A stretch of DNA of 64,000 bases, taken from contig NC_068983.1 in assembly GCF_001194135.2 (NCBI RefSeq), forward strand, positions 150,842,569 to 150,906,568. The letters are read 5' to 3'. The position numbers and the translations under genes are program-made. Within the stretch, counting starts at the first letter, position 1. Each line of letters opens with the position of its first letter. Source of the stretch: Octopus bimaculoides. Its lineage: Eukaryota. This document shows, in pieces, positions 50,770-62,670 of this stretch. The notes beneath the pieces were generated by a model. That model was not told where the DNA came from. It saw only the letters and a program-made list of their open reading frames with translations, and did no database searches.

Positions 50770-50848
<79 letters not shown>

Positions 50849-51910
50849 GTTATATTTGGGTTGTATATATGTATTATATTTCTTTGTGCAGAACATAAAA
50901 GTGCTGATACACACTTGTGGAAATATGTGAAATCAGTTAACGTGTATCTCCCTACNNNNNNNNNNNNNNNNNNNNNNNNNNNNNNNNNNNNNNNNNNNNN
51001 NNNNNNNNNNNNNNNNNNNNNNNNNNNNNNNNNNNNNNNNNNNNNNNNNNNNNNNNNNNNNNNNNNNNNNNNNNNNNNNNNNNNNNNNNNNNNNNNNNNN
51101 NNNNNNNNNNNNNNNNNNNNNNNNNNNNNNNNNNNNNNNNNNNNNNNNNNNNNNNNNNNNNNNNNNNNNNNNNNNNNNNNNNNNNNNNNNNNNNNNNNNN
51201 NNNNNNNNNNNNNNNNNNNNNNNNNNNNNNNNNNNNNNNNNNNNNNNNNNNNNNNNNNNNNNNNNNNNNNNNNNNNNNNNNNNNNNNNNNNNNNNNNNNN
51301 NNNNNNNNNNNNNNNNNNNNNNNNNNNNNNNNNNNNNNNNNNNNNNNNNNNNNNNNNNNNNNNNNNNNNNNNNNNNNNNNNNNNNNNNNNNNNNNNNNNN
51401 NNNNNNNNNNNNNNNNNNNNNNNNNNNNNNNNNNNNNNNNNNNNNNNNNNNNNNNNNNNNNNNNNNNNNNNNNNNNNNNNNNNNNNNNNNNNNNNNNNNN
51501 NNNNNNNNNNNNNNNNNNNNNNNNNNNNNNNNNNNNNNNNNNNNNNNNNNNNNNNNNNNNNNNNNNNNNNNNNNNNNNNNNNNNNNNNNNNNNNNNNNNN
51601 NNNNNNNNNNNNNNNNNNNNNNNNNNNNNNNNNNNNNNNNNNNNNNNNNNNNNNNNNNNNNNNNNNNNNNNNNNNNNNNNNNNNNNNNNNNNNNNNNNNN
51701 NNNNNNNNNNNNNNNNNNNNNNNNNNNNNNNNNNNNNNNNNNNNNNNNNNNNNNNNNNNNNNNNNNNNNNNNNNNNNNNNNNNNNNNNNNNNNNNNNNNN
51801 NNNNNNNNNNNNNNNNNNNNNNNNNNNNNNNNNNNNNNNNNNNNNNNNNNNNNNNNNNNNNNNNNNNNNNNNNNNNNNNNATATATACATATATGCATGC
51901 ACATAGAAAT

Positions 51911-51947
<37 letters not shown>

Positions 51948-52000
51948 CATATATATATACATAAGTACATATATATATATATATATACACATACATATAT

Positions 52001-52049
<49 letters not shown>

Positions 52050-52150
52050 TATATATGTACATACATACATACATATACACATACATATATATAAATATAT
52101 GTATGCATGTATGTATTTATGTATGTGTATATGTATGTATGCATAACATA
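50450..52150. repeat. Microsatellite-rich blocks flanking a 925-bp gap
   Basis: (TACA)n/(TA)n/(CA)n on both sides, with the shared marker ataagtacatata near 50740 and 51960. Confidence 0.85.
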
Positions 52151-52306
52151 AGGAAACTGAAAATACAAAACCAATATAGAAACCGCGTTATTTATTTATT
52201 TATTTTTCCGTTGTTTTTATCAACTATTTGTTTTGTTATTGTGATTTTTCTTGTTTTTGTGTCTGTGTGAGTATTGGTGTGTAGCTGTGTGCAAGTATGT
52301 GTGTGC

Positions 52307-52352
<46 letters not shown>

Positions 52353-52535
52353 GTGTAAACGTAATATTTAAATTTGTCTCGCAATGAAACCTGAACCAGG
52401 AAGTCAAAGTGGCATTGCTATATATATATATATATATATAGATGTCTGTGAGTGAACAATTATATGTGTGTGCAGAGACTTGTAGAAATACATGCTCGCT
52501 GCCGCATAGAACACACACGCAAACACACACACACA

Positions 52536-52576
<41 letters not shown>

Positions 52577-52889
52577 ACATGCACACATACATACACATGC
52601 GCACATACGCATATATTACATATGCAAATCAGAGTACGTGCGAATAGCTTCTCGATGTTTCTTATTGCCGATCTTCAAGCGACTGATTATAGGATTTACG
52701 AAGCGTCCTTGTATTCACTTTTGTTCAGATATTTCATATTCCATCGAAATCAACTTTGTGAGAGATATATAAGGTTCACGGGTAGATATATAGACATCTA
52801 TTGTAGCTCCATTATAAGCCGCTTGAATATCGGGAACGAGAACAGCATCTGTGACAGATTCACCTTCAAATAGATGTCATACTAACGTC

Positions 52890-52893
52890 TTTT

Positions 52894-52989
<96 letters not shown>

Positions 52990-53060
52990 ACTTTCTTTCT
53001 TTCTTTCTTTCTTTCTTCTTCCTTCCTTTCTTTCTTTCTTCCTTTCTTTCTTCCTCCCCT

Positions 53061-53107
<47 letters not shown>

Positions 53108-53117
53108 NNNNNNNNNN

Positions 53118-53164
<47 letters not shown>

Positions 53165-53165
53165 G
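52890..53165. repeat. (TTTC)n followed by (TCTA)n
   Basis: Seen directly in the sequence. Confidence 0.95.
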
Positions 53166-53305
53166 TATACACACACATACATGCGTGTATATCACACACA
53201 CACACACACACACACATAAATATATACTATAATTGTTATTAAATATGACAGAAGATGTTAGAACACCTACGATGCTACAATGTTACAACGCTAAACAGCT
53301 GCATA

Positions 53306-53354
<49 letters not shown>

Positions 53355-54310
53355 AACACATACATAAATACATGTATGTATAGATTATATATGTAATATA
53401 TATGCCTATAAGTAATATATATGAGTACATGTGTGTGTATATGTGTGTGTGTTCTTGCCATATAATTTACCGGATCTCCATTTAGGTATGATGTAAACTT
53501 AGCTGTTTTAGTTTTGTCTTTTCATCAAGGATTCTTGAACTTATTTCAGTCTGTTTGGAAGACTCAAATTCCCAAATCCGTCATCAACGTTTCTAGACTA
53601 TCACATCTTCAGGATGGAGTAAACTAAACGTGTGTTGCTGTATGTTATCACTTTGAATTTTGGTGGTTAAATATACCTCAACAATAAGGTGTTTCTATTT
53701 GCTTGCGACAGTTGTGTGATGCCTGTGTTTAATTTAGCACTTTGCTGAACTATTTTGTGCTGCTTCATTTATTAATCTCGCATTTTTGTGTGGAATCCTG
53801 CAGAGTGAAAATGTGCTATCCACTAACACATTCTAAGCTGGTTGTGTTTTTTTTATTGTGCAGCGATTGCTCCACGTTGTAAAAGCATGGAGAAACGGTG
53901 GGACTGTGTTGTACTTGCATGGCAATTTCAACAGTTGGAGCCTTAGAGTTTATTTCTTTTTATACAATTTTCTCGAGCCCATTGTTCACTTTGTTCATAA
54001 CAACATATACATCTCTTTACATGTTCGTATGTTGTTACTAAAAGAAAGAGAGGATTTCTGACTTCACTGTTTTGTAGTATATTTCATTAGACAATGTCAT
54101 ACGAATAGGAGGACTTTGAACAGTATTTCACACAAGAAGTTTTTCAAATGTGGTAGCAAATTTATTTTAGATGTTTATCACGTTGATGATGCGGCTGTGG
54201 TTAATATTTCATAAGGTTAAGCTCTCTACATATGAGCCCAAGTTTTATTAGGCCCAATAGTTAGAATATAATTTTAGAATATACATATAGTGGTGTATGT
54301 ACACACACAC

Positions 54311-54347
<37 letters not shown>

Positions 54348-54349
54348 AA

Positions 54350-54570
54350 TATATGGTGGTTGTCTACTCCCTATGCAGAGTCTGACCACCTCCTGTACCT
54401 ACACATCAGATCCATCATGGCGTCCGATGTGGCTTTTTAAACCAAGCAATGTATTGAAAAGACACCCACATAGATTGCATATCCGACTTGGACAACCAAG
54501 AGCTGCAGTTAAGTTCTGATCTTTGTGGAACTTAAAATGTCTTTTGAGGCCCCTTCAGAATTACAAACCT
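54350..54570 (-). mobile_element. RTE-clade LINE extreme 3' fragment
   Basis: The minus strand reads SRICNLCGCLFNTLLGLKSHIGRH, a C-terminal C2H2 finger like that at 10040-10290, followed by a short 3' UTR. Confidence 0.55.
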
Positions 54571-54609
54571 TATGGTATACATGGCATATATGTATATCTA
54601 TATGTATAT

Positions 54610-54970
54610 GGTTAGGGCAGCGGACTCGCGGTCATAGGATCGCGATTTCGATTCCCAGACCGGGCGTTGTGAGTGTTCATTGAGTGAAAACACCTAAAGC
54701 TCCACGAGGCTCCGGCAGGGGATGGTGGTGAACCCTGCTGTACTCTTTCACCACAACTTTCTCTCACTCTTACTTTCTGTTGTGCCTGTAATTCAAAGGG
54801 TCAGCCTTGTCACACTGTGTCACGCTGAATATCCCCGAGAACTACATTAAGGGTACACGTGTCTGTGGAGTGCTCAGCCACTTGCACGTTAATTTCACGA
54901 GCCGGCTGTTCCATTGATCAGATCAACTGGAACCCCTCGACGTCATAACCGACGGAGTGCCAACAACAAT
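54610..54970 (+). mobile_element. SINE family C, 5' bases missing
   Basis: ggttagggcagcggactcgcggtcataggatcgcgatttcgattccc...ccgacggagtgccaacaacaat. Confidence 0.92.
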
Positions 54971-55076
54971 NNNNNNNNNNNNNNNNNNNNNNNNNNNNNN
55001 NNNNNNNNNNNNNNNNNNNNNNNNNNGTATGTATATGTATATATATATATGTATATATACATACACACACACACAC

Positions 55077-56050
55077 ATTGGGTTGGCAACTAAGTTCCCA
55101 CCTTTTTTTAAAATTAAAATTTTTTTAAAGGTTTAATAGAAAATAACAACTAATTAATCAATAATGTATTCACCCTTGTTGTTTACAACTTCTACCCAAC
55201 GTTCAACAAGGTTTTCAATACCTCGTTGTTAGAAATCACCCGATTTCGACCCGAAAAATCGATCCAACCAAGCTCTCAATTCTGCATCAGTATTGAACGA
55301 AACTCCGCGCATAGTATTTAAAAGAGATAGAAAGAGGTGGAAATCCCTTTGTGCCAAATCAGGAGAGTACGGTGGGTGTGGCAGGACTTCCCAGTCATGC
55401 ATTTAAATGCCTTCTTGGTCATATTGGCGATATGAGGGCGGGCGTTCTGCACCAGAAGAACTCCATGCTGCCGATTAGGTCTTTTCTTTTGAATAGCCGT
55501 GTTGAGTCGTTCCATCTGTTGAGCATAGAATTCTTCGTTGACCGTTTGATTCCGTTCAAACAATTCGTAATTGATAATCCCATCCCAGTCCCACCATACG
55601 CACAATATCGTTTTACGTGACTGAAGATCTTGTTTCACGCGCGGTGTCGCTTGTTTACCGGGGCTAAACCATTCCTTACGCTGCTTCATATTGATGTACA
55701 GGCAACATTTTTCGTCACCAGTAACGATTCGGTAAAGAAATAGTTGCTTGTGTCCATGAGTTGAGCGGTGACGCACAAGCAAACCGGCGGAGATTGTGGC
55801 TCGTTGATTTTTGCTGTTGTCACATAAAACATGCGGAACCCATGCTCCATACTTCTAAACCTTTCCCATCGAGTGAAGATGTTTCTCTCTAGCAGTGTGG
55901 GAGCATTCCATTTCTCTGCCAGTTTCCTTGTCGTTTAACGAGAATTTTCGTGTAATAGTTGATTTAATCGTTCTTTATTGAACTCAACTGGACGACCAGA
56001 ACGAGGTGCGTCTTTGAGGTCAAAATTTCCATTTTTGAACTTGGCATACC
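55077..56050 (-). mobile_element. Mariner (DD34D) transposon pseudogene with 3' TIR, 5' part lost in a gap
   Basis: GAWVPH, RIVTGDEK, TILCVWWDWDGII.YEL, QNARPH, and in another frame PHPPYSPDLA...DFHLF...RWVEVVNNKGEYI. The terminus is attgggttggcaactaagttc. Confidence 0.92.
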
Positions 56051-57039
56051 NNNNNNNNNNNNNNNNNNNNNNNNNNNNNNNNNNNNNNNNNNNNNNNNNN
56101 NNNNNNNNNNNNNNNNNNNNNNNNNNNNNNNNNNNNNNNNNNNNNNNNNNNNNNNNNNNNNNNNNNNNNNNNNNNNNNNNNNNNNNNNNNNNNNNNNNNN
56201 NNNNNNNNNNNNNNNNNNNNNNNNNNNNNNNNNNNNNNNNNNNNNNNNNNNNNNNNNNNNNNNNNNNNNNNNNNNNNNNNNNNNNNNNNNNNNNNNNNNN
56301 NNNNNNNNNNNNNNNNNNNNNNNNNNNNNNNNNNNNNNNNNNNNNNNNNNNNNNNNNNNNNNNNNNNNNNNNNNNNNNNNNNNNNNNNNNNNNNNNNNNN
56401 NNNNNNNNNNNNNNNNNNNNNNNNNNNNNNNNNNNNNNNNNNNNNNNNNNNNNNNNNNNNNNNNNNNNNNNNNNNNNNNNNNNNNNNNNNNNNNNNNNNN
56501 NNNNNNNNNNNNNNNNNNNNNNNNNNNNNNNNNNNNNNNNNNNNNNNNNNNNNNNNNNNNNNNNNNNNNNNNNNNNNNNNNNNNNNNNNNNNNNNNNNNN
56601 NNNNNNNNNNNNNNNNNNNNNNNNNNNNNNNTATATATATATATATGCGTATGTTCGGTGTGTGTGTGTGTGTGAGTGTGTGTGTACATATATGTAGGTG
56701 GTCTATCTATCTCTCTCCCTGTCAGTCTCTCACTTTACACATACACAAGCACACACACGCACATAGATACATACATGCATACAACAATAAATGAACAGGT
56801 GAAGTCATTTTTTTTTAATGATTTGTGTTTTACTTCTATCCGTAAATCTTCACAAAATGTTAACAATGAGAACTGTGGAAATAATTGAAAAAACAAATAA
56901 CAACAACAACAATGCAGATGACGACGGTGACGGCGACGACGATGATGAATCAGAATTACATATGCAAACATAAGATACACACACACACACACATGCACGC
57001 ACACACGCAGACACACACACACACACAGAGTCATATATA

Positions 57040-57372
57040 TTGTGTTTTTCATTTGACTGCAGCCATGCTGGAACACCGCCTTTACAAATCGACCCCAGGA
57101 CTTATTCTTTGTAAGCCTAGTACTTATCCTATCGGGTCTTTTGCCGAACTGCTAAGTCAAGCAATGGTGGTGGTTGTGGTGGTGGGGTCAAACACAGAAA
57201 CACAAACATATATATATACATATATGCGACGGTCTACTTTCAGTTTCCGTCTCTCAAATCTACTCACAAGACTTTGGTTGGCCCGAGGCTATAGTAGAAG
57301 ACACTTGCCCAAGGTGCCAAGCTGTAGAGATGAACCCAGAACCATGTGGTTGGTAAGCAACCTACTTACCAC
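57040..57372 (-). mobile_element. SINE family A, with internal deletion and a short internal microsatellite
   Basis: catttgactgcagccatgctggaacaccgcc...gaggctatagtagaagacacttgcccaaggtgcc...catgtggttggtaagcaacctacttacc. Confidence 0.88.
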
Positions 57373-57464
57373 ACACACACAGCTATATACATGCGTGTAT
57401 ATATGGATCTATCTATGTATCACTACGTATTTATTTTTCGAGAGGGGTTGTGTATGTAGACGTG

Positions 57465-57532
<68 letters not shown>

Positions 57533-58088
57533 TAGATATATATATATATATATATGAAAGTATGTAAGCTTTAAAAAGTGTTGAATTTTACAATAGGAGA
57601 AAATACATTGTTTATTATTATTTGTTTTTCTTAAGAAGAATCTGCTTGAATTTCCATTTCTTACAAATATTTCTCCATTGATAGCAATCTAAGACAATAT
57701 TATATGAAGTCTGCTGCCTGGGAATATCTTCATGTATGCACATAGACATAGACATACACACACACAGACATACACACAGACACACAAACAGACAGACAGA
57801 GACACACACACACAGCGTGTATATGTATCACTCTATATACGTGTTTATTTTTCGAGAGGGGTTGTGTATGTACACTTGGTCATGGATAGATATACATACA
57901 CACATACACGCATATACGCACACACCCATATATTTGTATGCATGCAGACATATAAAGAAGTATATTTACATATGTGTGAGTATATACCTATATACATACA
58001 TATATAAATTGTAACCACGAGCTGGCATACACAGGTGCTTACAATTGTCAAGTATTGCCTCTAACGTTTACTTTACAAACATATATAC

Positions 58089-58160
<72 letters not shown>

Positions 58161-58477
58161 AAACAGATGTAGGGCTGCTACTGTTAAGTTTCGAGCCTCA
58201 CAGAGATTATCATCATCCAGTTTGCTACCAGTATAGACCTTCAGCAACTACTATACTTCGTAGTATTAGTAGTTATGAAACACAGACGCAAATGTAGGAG
58301 AAATTACGACAAACGTAAGTTTATATCATTTCGACATTAGTTTCTGTAACTTAATGCAGTTAAGTATTCTCTGGTTATCCGTTCTGGTAAAACATCCAAG
58401 GCAGAGCTTAGAATAAACATAATACTGAAACATATGTGGGCTCTAACAATATAAGCGAGTGCTTATCGTAATTTCTC

Positions 58478-58479
<2 letters not shown>

Positions 58480-58551
<72 letters not shown>

Positions 58552-58878
58552 GTCTATCTATCTGTCTATCTAGGCTTTTCTCTCCATGGATAAACCTAAT
58601 GTTACCCCATTTTACACAATTGACATTTTCTGTGATATACGATACCACCCCTTTTTGTTTTTTTTTTGTATGCCCCTACCGATCCCTTTTGATCGGATTT
58701 TTTTTTATTTGGTTTTTTTATTTGTTTTTTTTTTATTTAAGTTTTTTAAAATTTTATTAAAAAAAATTTTTTTTTAAAGAAAAGCTCAACAGTTGTATTT
58801 GTCCCCTGTGTGCAGCCCTGTGTGGCTAATAAAAGAAAGTTATCTATCTGTCTGTCCGTCTATCTGTCCGCCTGTCTT

Positions 58879-58911
<33 letters not shown>

Positions 58912-58955
58912 CTGTCTGTCTGTCTGTCCGTCTGTCTGTCCGTCTGTTTGTCTAT
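58480..58955. repeat. (TATC)n and (GTCT/GTCC)n microsatellites with a short family B tail remnant (about 58795-58840)
   Basis: Seen directly; tttgtcccctgtgtgcagccctgtgtggctaataaaagaa resembles the reverse of 48520-48560. Confidence 0.8.
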
Positions 58956-59345
58956 AGGTGTAGGCGTAGGTGTGCGGTAAGAAGCTTACTTCTCAACAAC
59001 ATGGTTTCGGATTCAGTCCTGGGATCGATTTGTTCGACTAAAGGTGGTGCCCCGGGCCGACCAAAGCCTTGCGAGTAGATTTGGTGCACGGAAACTGAAA
59101 GAAACCCGTCGAATATATTATATATATGTATATATATCTCTGTGAGTGTCATGGTGTCTTTGTTTTTCTCCCCTCCTTCGCCTGACAACTGATGTCCCCG
59201 TATCTTAGCGGTTCCGTAAAAGAGACTGATGACTGATAAAATAAGTACTAGGCTTACAAAGAATAAGTCCCGGGACCGATTTCATCGACAAAAATACTGT
59301 TTAAGGTGGTGCTCCAGTATGGCAGAATTCCAAATGACTCAAACT
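58955..59345 (+). mobile_element. SINE family A, chimeric copy
   Basis: Head and tail both match family A, but 59020-59048 in the head is tail-type sequence. Confidence 0.85.
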
Positions 59346-59676
59346 AGTCATATACACATACATACACACACACACACATATTGCTGATGGGAATCTATAT
59401 TTCATAAAAATATCGACGATATTATTTTATTTTTGTAATAATTTAGAATTTTGCAAAGGAAAAAAGTTAGAACAATTATATATAAATACATAGCAATATC
59501 CCAAACAGACTGAAACAAAAAGATTTATCAGTGATAAATACATTAATGTCAACAGACCTATTCTATACGTTGTGCCCTTCATATATAGAATAGAACTGTA
59601 TCCAGATTTGCTTCCCACGCGTTATTTTGTCTGAGTAATATGCATACACACCCTCAGGCGTGCGCATGAGCGCAAA

Positions 59677-59745
<69 letters not shown>

Positions 59746-60751
59746 NNNNNNNNNNNNNNNNNNNNNNNNNNNNNNNNNNNNNNNNNNNNNNNNNNNNNNN
59801 NNNNNNNNNNNNNNNNNNNNNNNNNNNNNNNNNNNNNNNNNNNNNNNNNNNNNNNNNNNNNNNNNNNNNNNNNNNNNNNNNNNNNNNNNNNNNNNNNNNN
59901 NNNNNNNNNNNNNNNNNNNNNNNNNNNNNNNNNNNNNNNNNNNNNNNNNNNNNNNNNNNNNNNNNNNNNNNNNNNNNNNNNNNNNNNNNNNNNNNNNNNN
60001 NNNNNNNNNNNNNNNNNNNNNNNNNNNNNNNNNNNNNNNNNNNNNNNNNNNNNNNNNNNNNNNNNNNNNNNNNNNNNNNNNNNNNNNNNNNNNNNNNNNN
60101 NNNNNNNNNNNNNNNNNNNNNNNNNNNNNNNNNNNNNNNNNNNNNNNNNNNNNNNNNNNNNNNNNNNNNNNNNNNNNNNNNNNNNNNNNNNNNNNNNNNN
60201 NNNNNNNNNNNNNNNNNNNNNNNNNNNNNNNNNNNNNNNNNNNNNNNNNNNNNNNNNNNNNNNNNNNNNNNNNNNNNNNNNNNNNNNNNNNNNNNNNNNN
60301 NNNNNNNNNNNNNNNNNNNNNNNNNNNNNNNNNNNNNNNNNNNNNNNNNNNNNNNNNNNNNNNNNNNNNNNNNNNNNNNNNNNNNNNNNNNNNNNNNNNN
60401 NNNNNNNNNNNNNNNNNNNNNNNNNNNNNNNNNNNNNNNNNNNNNNNNNNNNNNNNNNNNNNNNNNNNNNNNNNNNNNNNNNNNNNNNNNNNNNNNNNNN
60501 NNNNNNNNNNNNNNNNNNNNNNNNNNNNNNNNNNNNNNNNNNNNNNNNNNNNNNNNNNNNNNNNNNNNNNNNNNNNNNNNNNNNNNNNNNNNNNNNNNNN
60601 NNNNNNNNNNNNNNNNNNNNNNNNNNNNNNNNNNNNNNNNNNNNNNNNNNNNNNNNNNNNNNNNNNNNNNNNNNNNNNNNNNNNNNNNNNNNNNNNNNNN
60701 NNNNNNNNNNNNNNNNNNNNNTGTGTATGTATATATATAATATTAAGACAG

Positions 60752-60955
60752 TTTGATGTGGTTCTATGCGACTTAAAGTTTCGCAGGCCTATAACAGAAG
60801 GCTGTCTTACGTGTTTTGGATTGCCGTATGGAGAGATACAGCAAATTCAAGATGGTTGACTTGCTGTATCTCTCTATACGGCTATCCAAAGTCTGAAAGT
60901 TAGAGGTCTCTGTTAGAGGCCTGTGAAGCTTCAAGTCGCATAAAACCATACCAAA
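60752..60955. repeat. About 204-bp imperfect palindrome (fold-back/MITE-like)
   Basis: The left arm tttgatgtggttctatgcgacttaaagtttcgcaggcc...gccgtatggagagatacagcaa is the approximate reverse complement of ttgctgtatctctctatacggc...ggcctgtgaagcttcaagtcgcataaaaccataccaaa. Confidence 0.9.
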
Positions 60956-61099
60956 GAGTTTTGAATAATACATGTAACTCCTACTCAACGTATTGGGGGC
61001 TCTTTCTTTCGTTTGTCCACTATCTTTGCACATATTAAACGTAGACGTATTCATATGCAAATACACACACAAATTCGTAAGTATATTCTTTTTTACTCT

Positions 61100-61395
61100 T
61101 TACTCTTTTACTCTTTTACTTGTTTCAGTCATTTGGCTGCTGCGGCCATGCTGGGGCACTGCCTTTTTAGTCGAGCAAATCGACCCCAGGACTTATTCTT
61201 TGGAAGCCTAGTACTTATTCTATCGATATCTTTTGCCGAACCGCTAAGTTACGGGGACGTAAACACACCAGCATCGGTTGTCAAGCGATGTTGGGGGGAC
61301 AAACACAGACACAAACATATACACACACACATATATACATATACATATATACGACGGGCTTCTTTCAGTTTCCGTCTGCCAAATCCACTCACAAG
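61100..61395 (-). mobile_element. SINE family A, young-looking copy truncated by a gap
   Basis: Tail units (ctctttta)n, then cttgtttcagtcatttggctgc...acgacgggcttctttcagtttccgtc...aaatccactcacaag. Confidence 0.92.
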
Positions 61396-62199
61396 NNNNN
61401 NNNNNNNNNNNNNNNNNNNNNNNNNNNNNNNNNNNNNNNNNNNNNNNNNNNNNNNNNNNNNNNNNNNNNNNNNNNNNNNNNNNNNNNNNNNNNNNNNNNN
61501 NNNNNNNNNNNNNNNNNNNNNNNNNNNNNNNNNNNNNNNNNNNNNNNNNNNNNNNNNNNNNNNNNNNNNNNNNNNNNNNNNNNNNNNNNNNNNNNNNNNN
61601 NNNNNNNNNNNNNNNNNNNNNNNNNNNNNNNNNNNNNNNNNNNNNNNNNNNNNNNNNNNNNNNNNNNNNNNNNNNNNNNNNNNNNNNNNNNNNNNNNNNN
61701 NNNNNNNNNNNNNNNNNNNNNNNNNNNNNNNNNNNNNNNNNNNNNNNNNNNNNNNNNNNNNNNNNNNNNNNNNNNNNNNNNNNNNNNNNNNNNNNNNNNN
61801 NNNNNNNNNNNNNNNNNNNNNNNNNNNNNNNNNNNNNNNNNNNNNNNNNNNNNNNNNNNNNNNNNNNNNNNNNNNNNNNNNNNNNNNNNNNNNNNNNNNN
61901 NNNNNNNNNNNNNNNNNNNNNNNNNNNNNNNNNNNNNNNNNNNNNNNTATATATATATATATATATATGAATGTGTGTGTGTGTGTGTGTGCGTGCGTGT
62001 ATTTTGCGCAAAAAAATATTATAGTCTCATAACAACCAGTTTACCAATCGGTTTCATACCAGAAAGCTGAAAAAACAGCTCCGGCAATAACTAAAAAAAG
62101 TCTGAGAGTATGAGTATGGCGTGCGCTTTTTGTAACTGGAGGTCTGAAAATGCATTAACCGGTTTTCGGTCCTCGTGACTGTTATTAAAAAAAGAACAG

Positions 62200-62670
62200 A
62201 ATAATTTTCGTGGAAGAATTTAAGAGTTCTAAGTTGTCTTTATTGCTTTCAGACATGACTAAAAATAGAGTAGATAATGATACATACATACAGCTACAAA
62301 CTAACGATATCACAGAAGCATATAGGAAGGCTAGATCTCAGGCCAGTAATGAGACTAACCATATAGGTTTTATATTAAGCATTGAAGATAGAGTAGAAAG
62401 CTCTAGTGAAAGAAAGACGTCATTATAACAATTAAAAACCACAATCCTAACATTGCCTTCAACCCAATTTCAGCTGATCAGTCCCACAAAGTTAAGGATT
62501 GGATCGATGAAGTAACACCCGCTCAAGAAGATCAAAACAATATTAGAAAAGTTTCAGGCTTCAGGTTATGACACAACACTAATCAGGTCATCTCATAGTT
62601 TAAACAAACAGTAGCAAAGTTAGAGCAAGGTTCAAATAATTCGATATAATAGTGAATTTCTACCCATCAA
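62200..62670 (+). mobile_element. Decayed Penelope-like element, Naiad/Chlamys-type N-terminal RT region
   Basis: DITEAYRKA...LSIEDRVE, IITIKNHNPN..FNP, FQLISPTK, FDIIVNFYPS (cf. ITxxYKKA, IxDRxE, FITLKDHKxNF, RLINPxK, FDIxxFYPSI). Confidence 0.7.

Noticed and set aside
50735-52020. Near-identical ataagtacatata...cacatacatata blocks either side of the 925-N gap
   Set aside because: Cannot be distinguished from contig-end redundancy or a collapsed tandem repeat.
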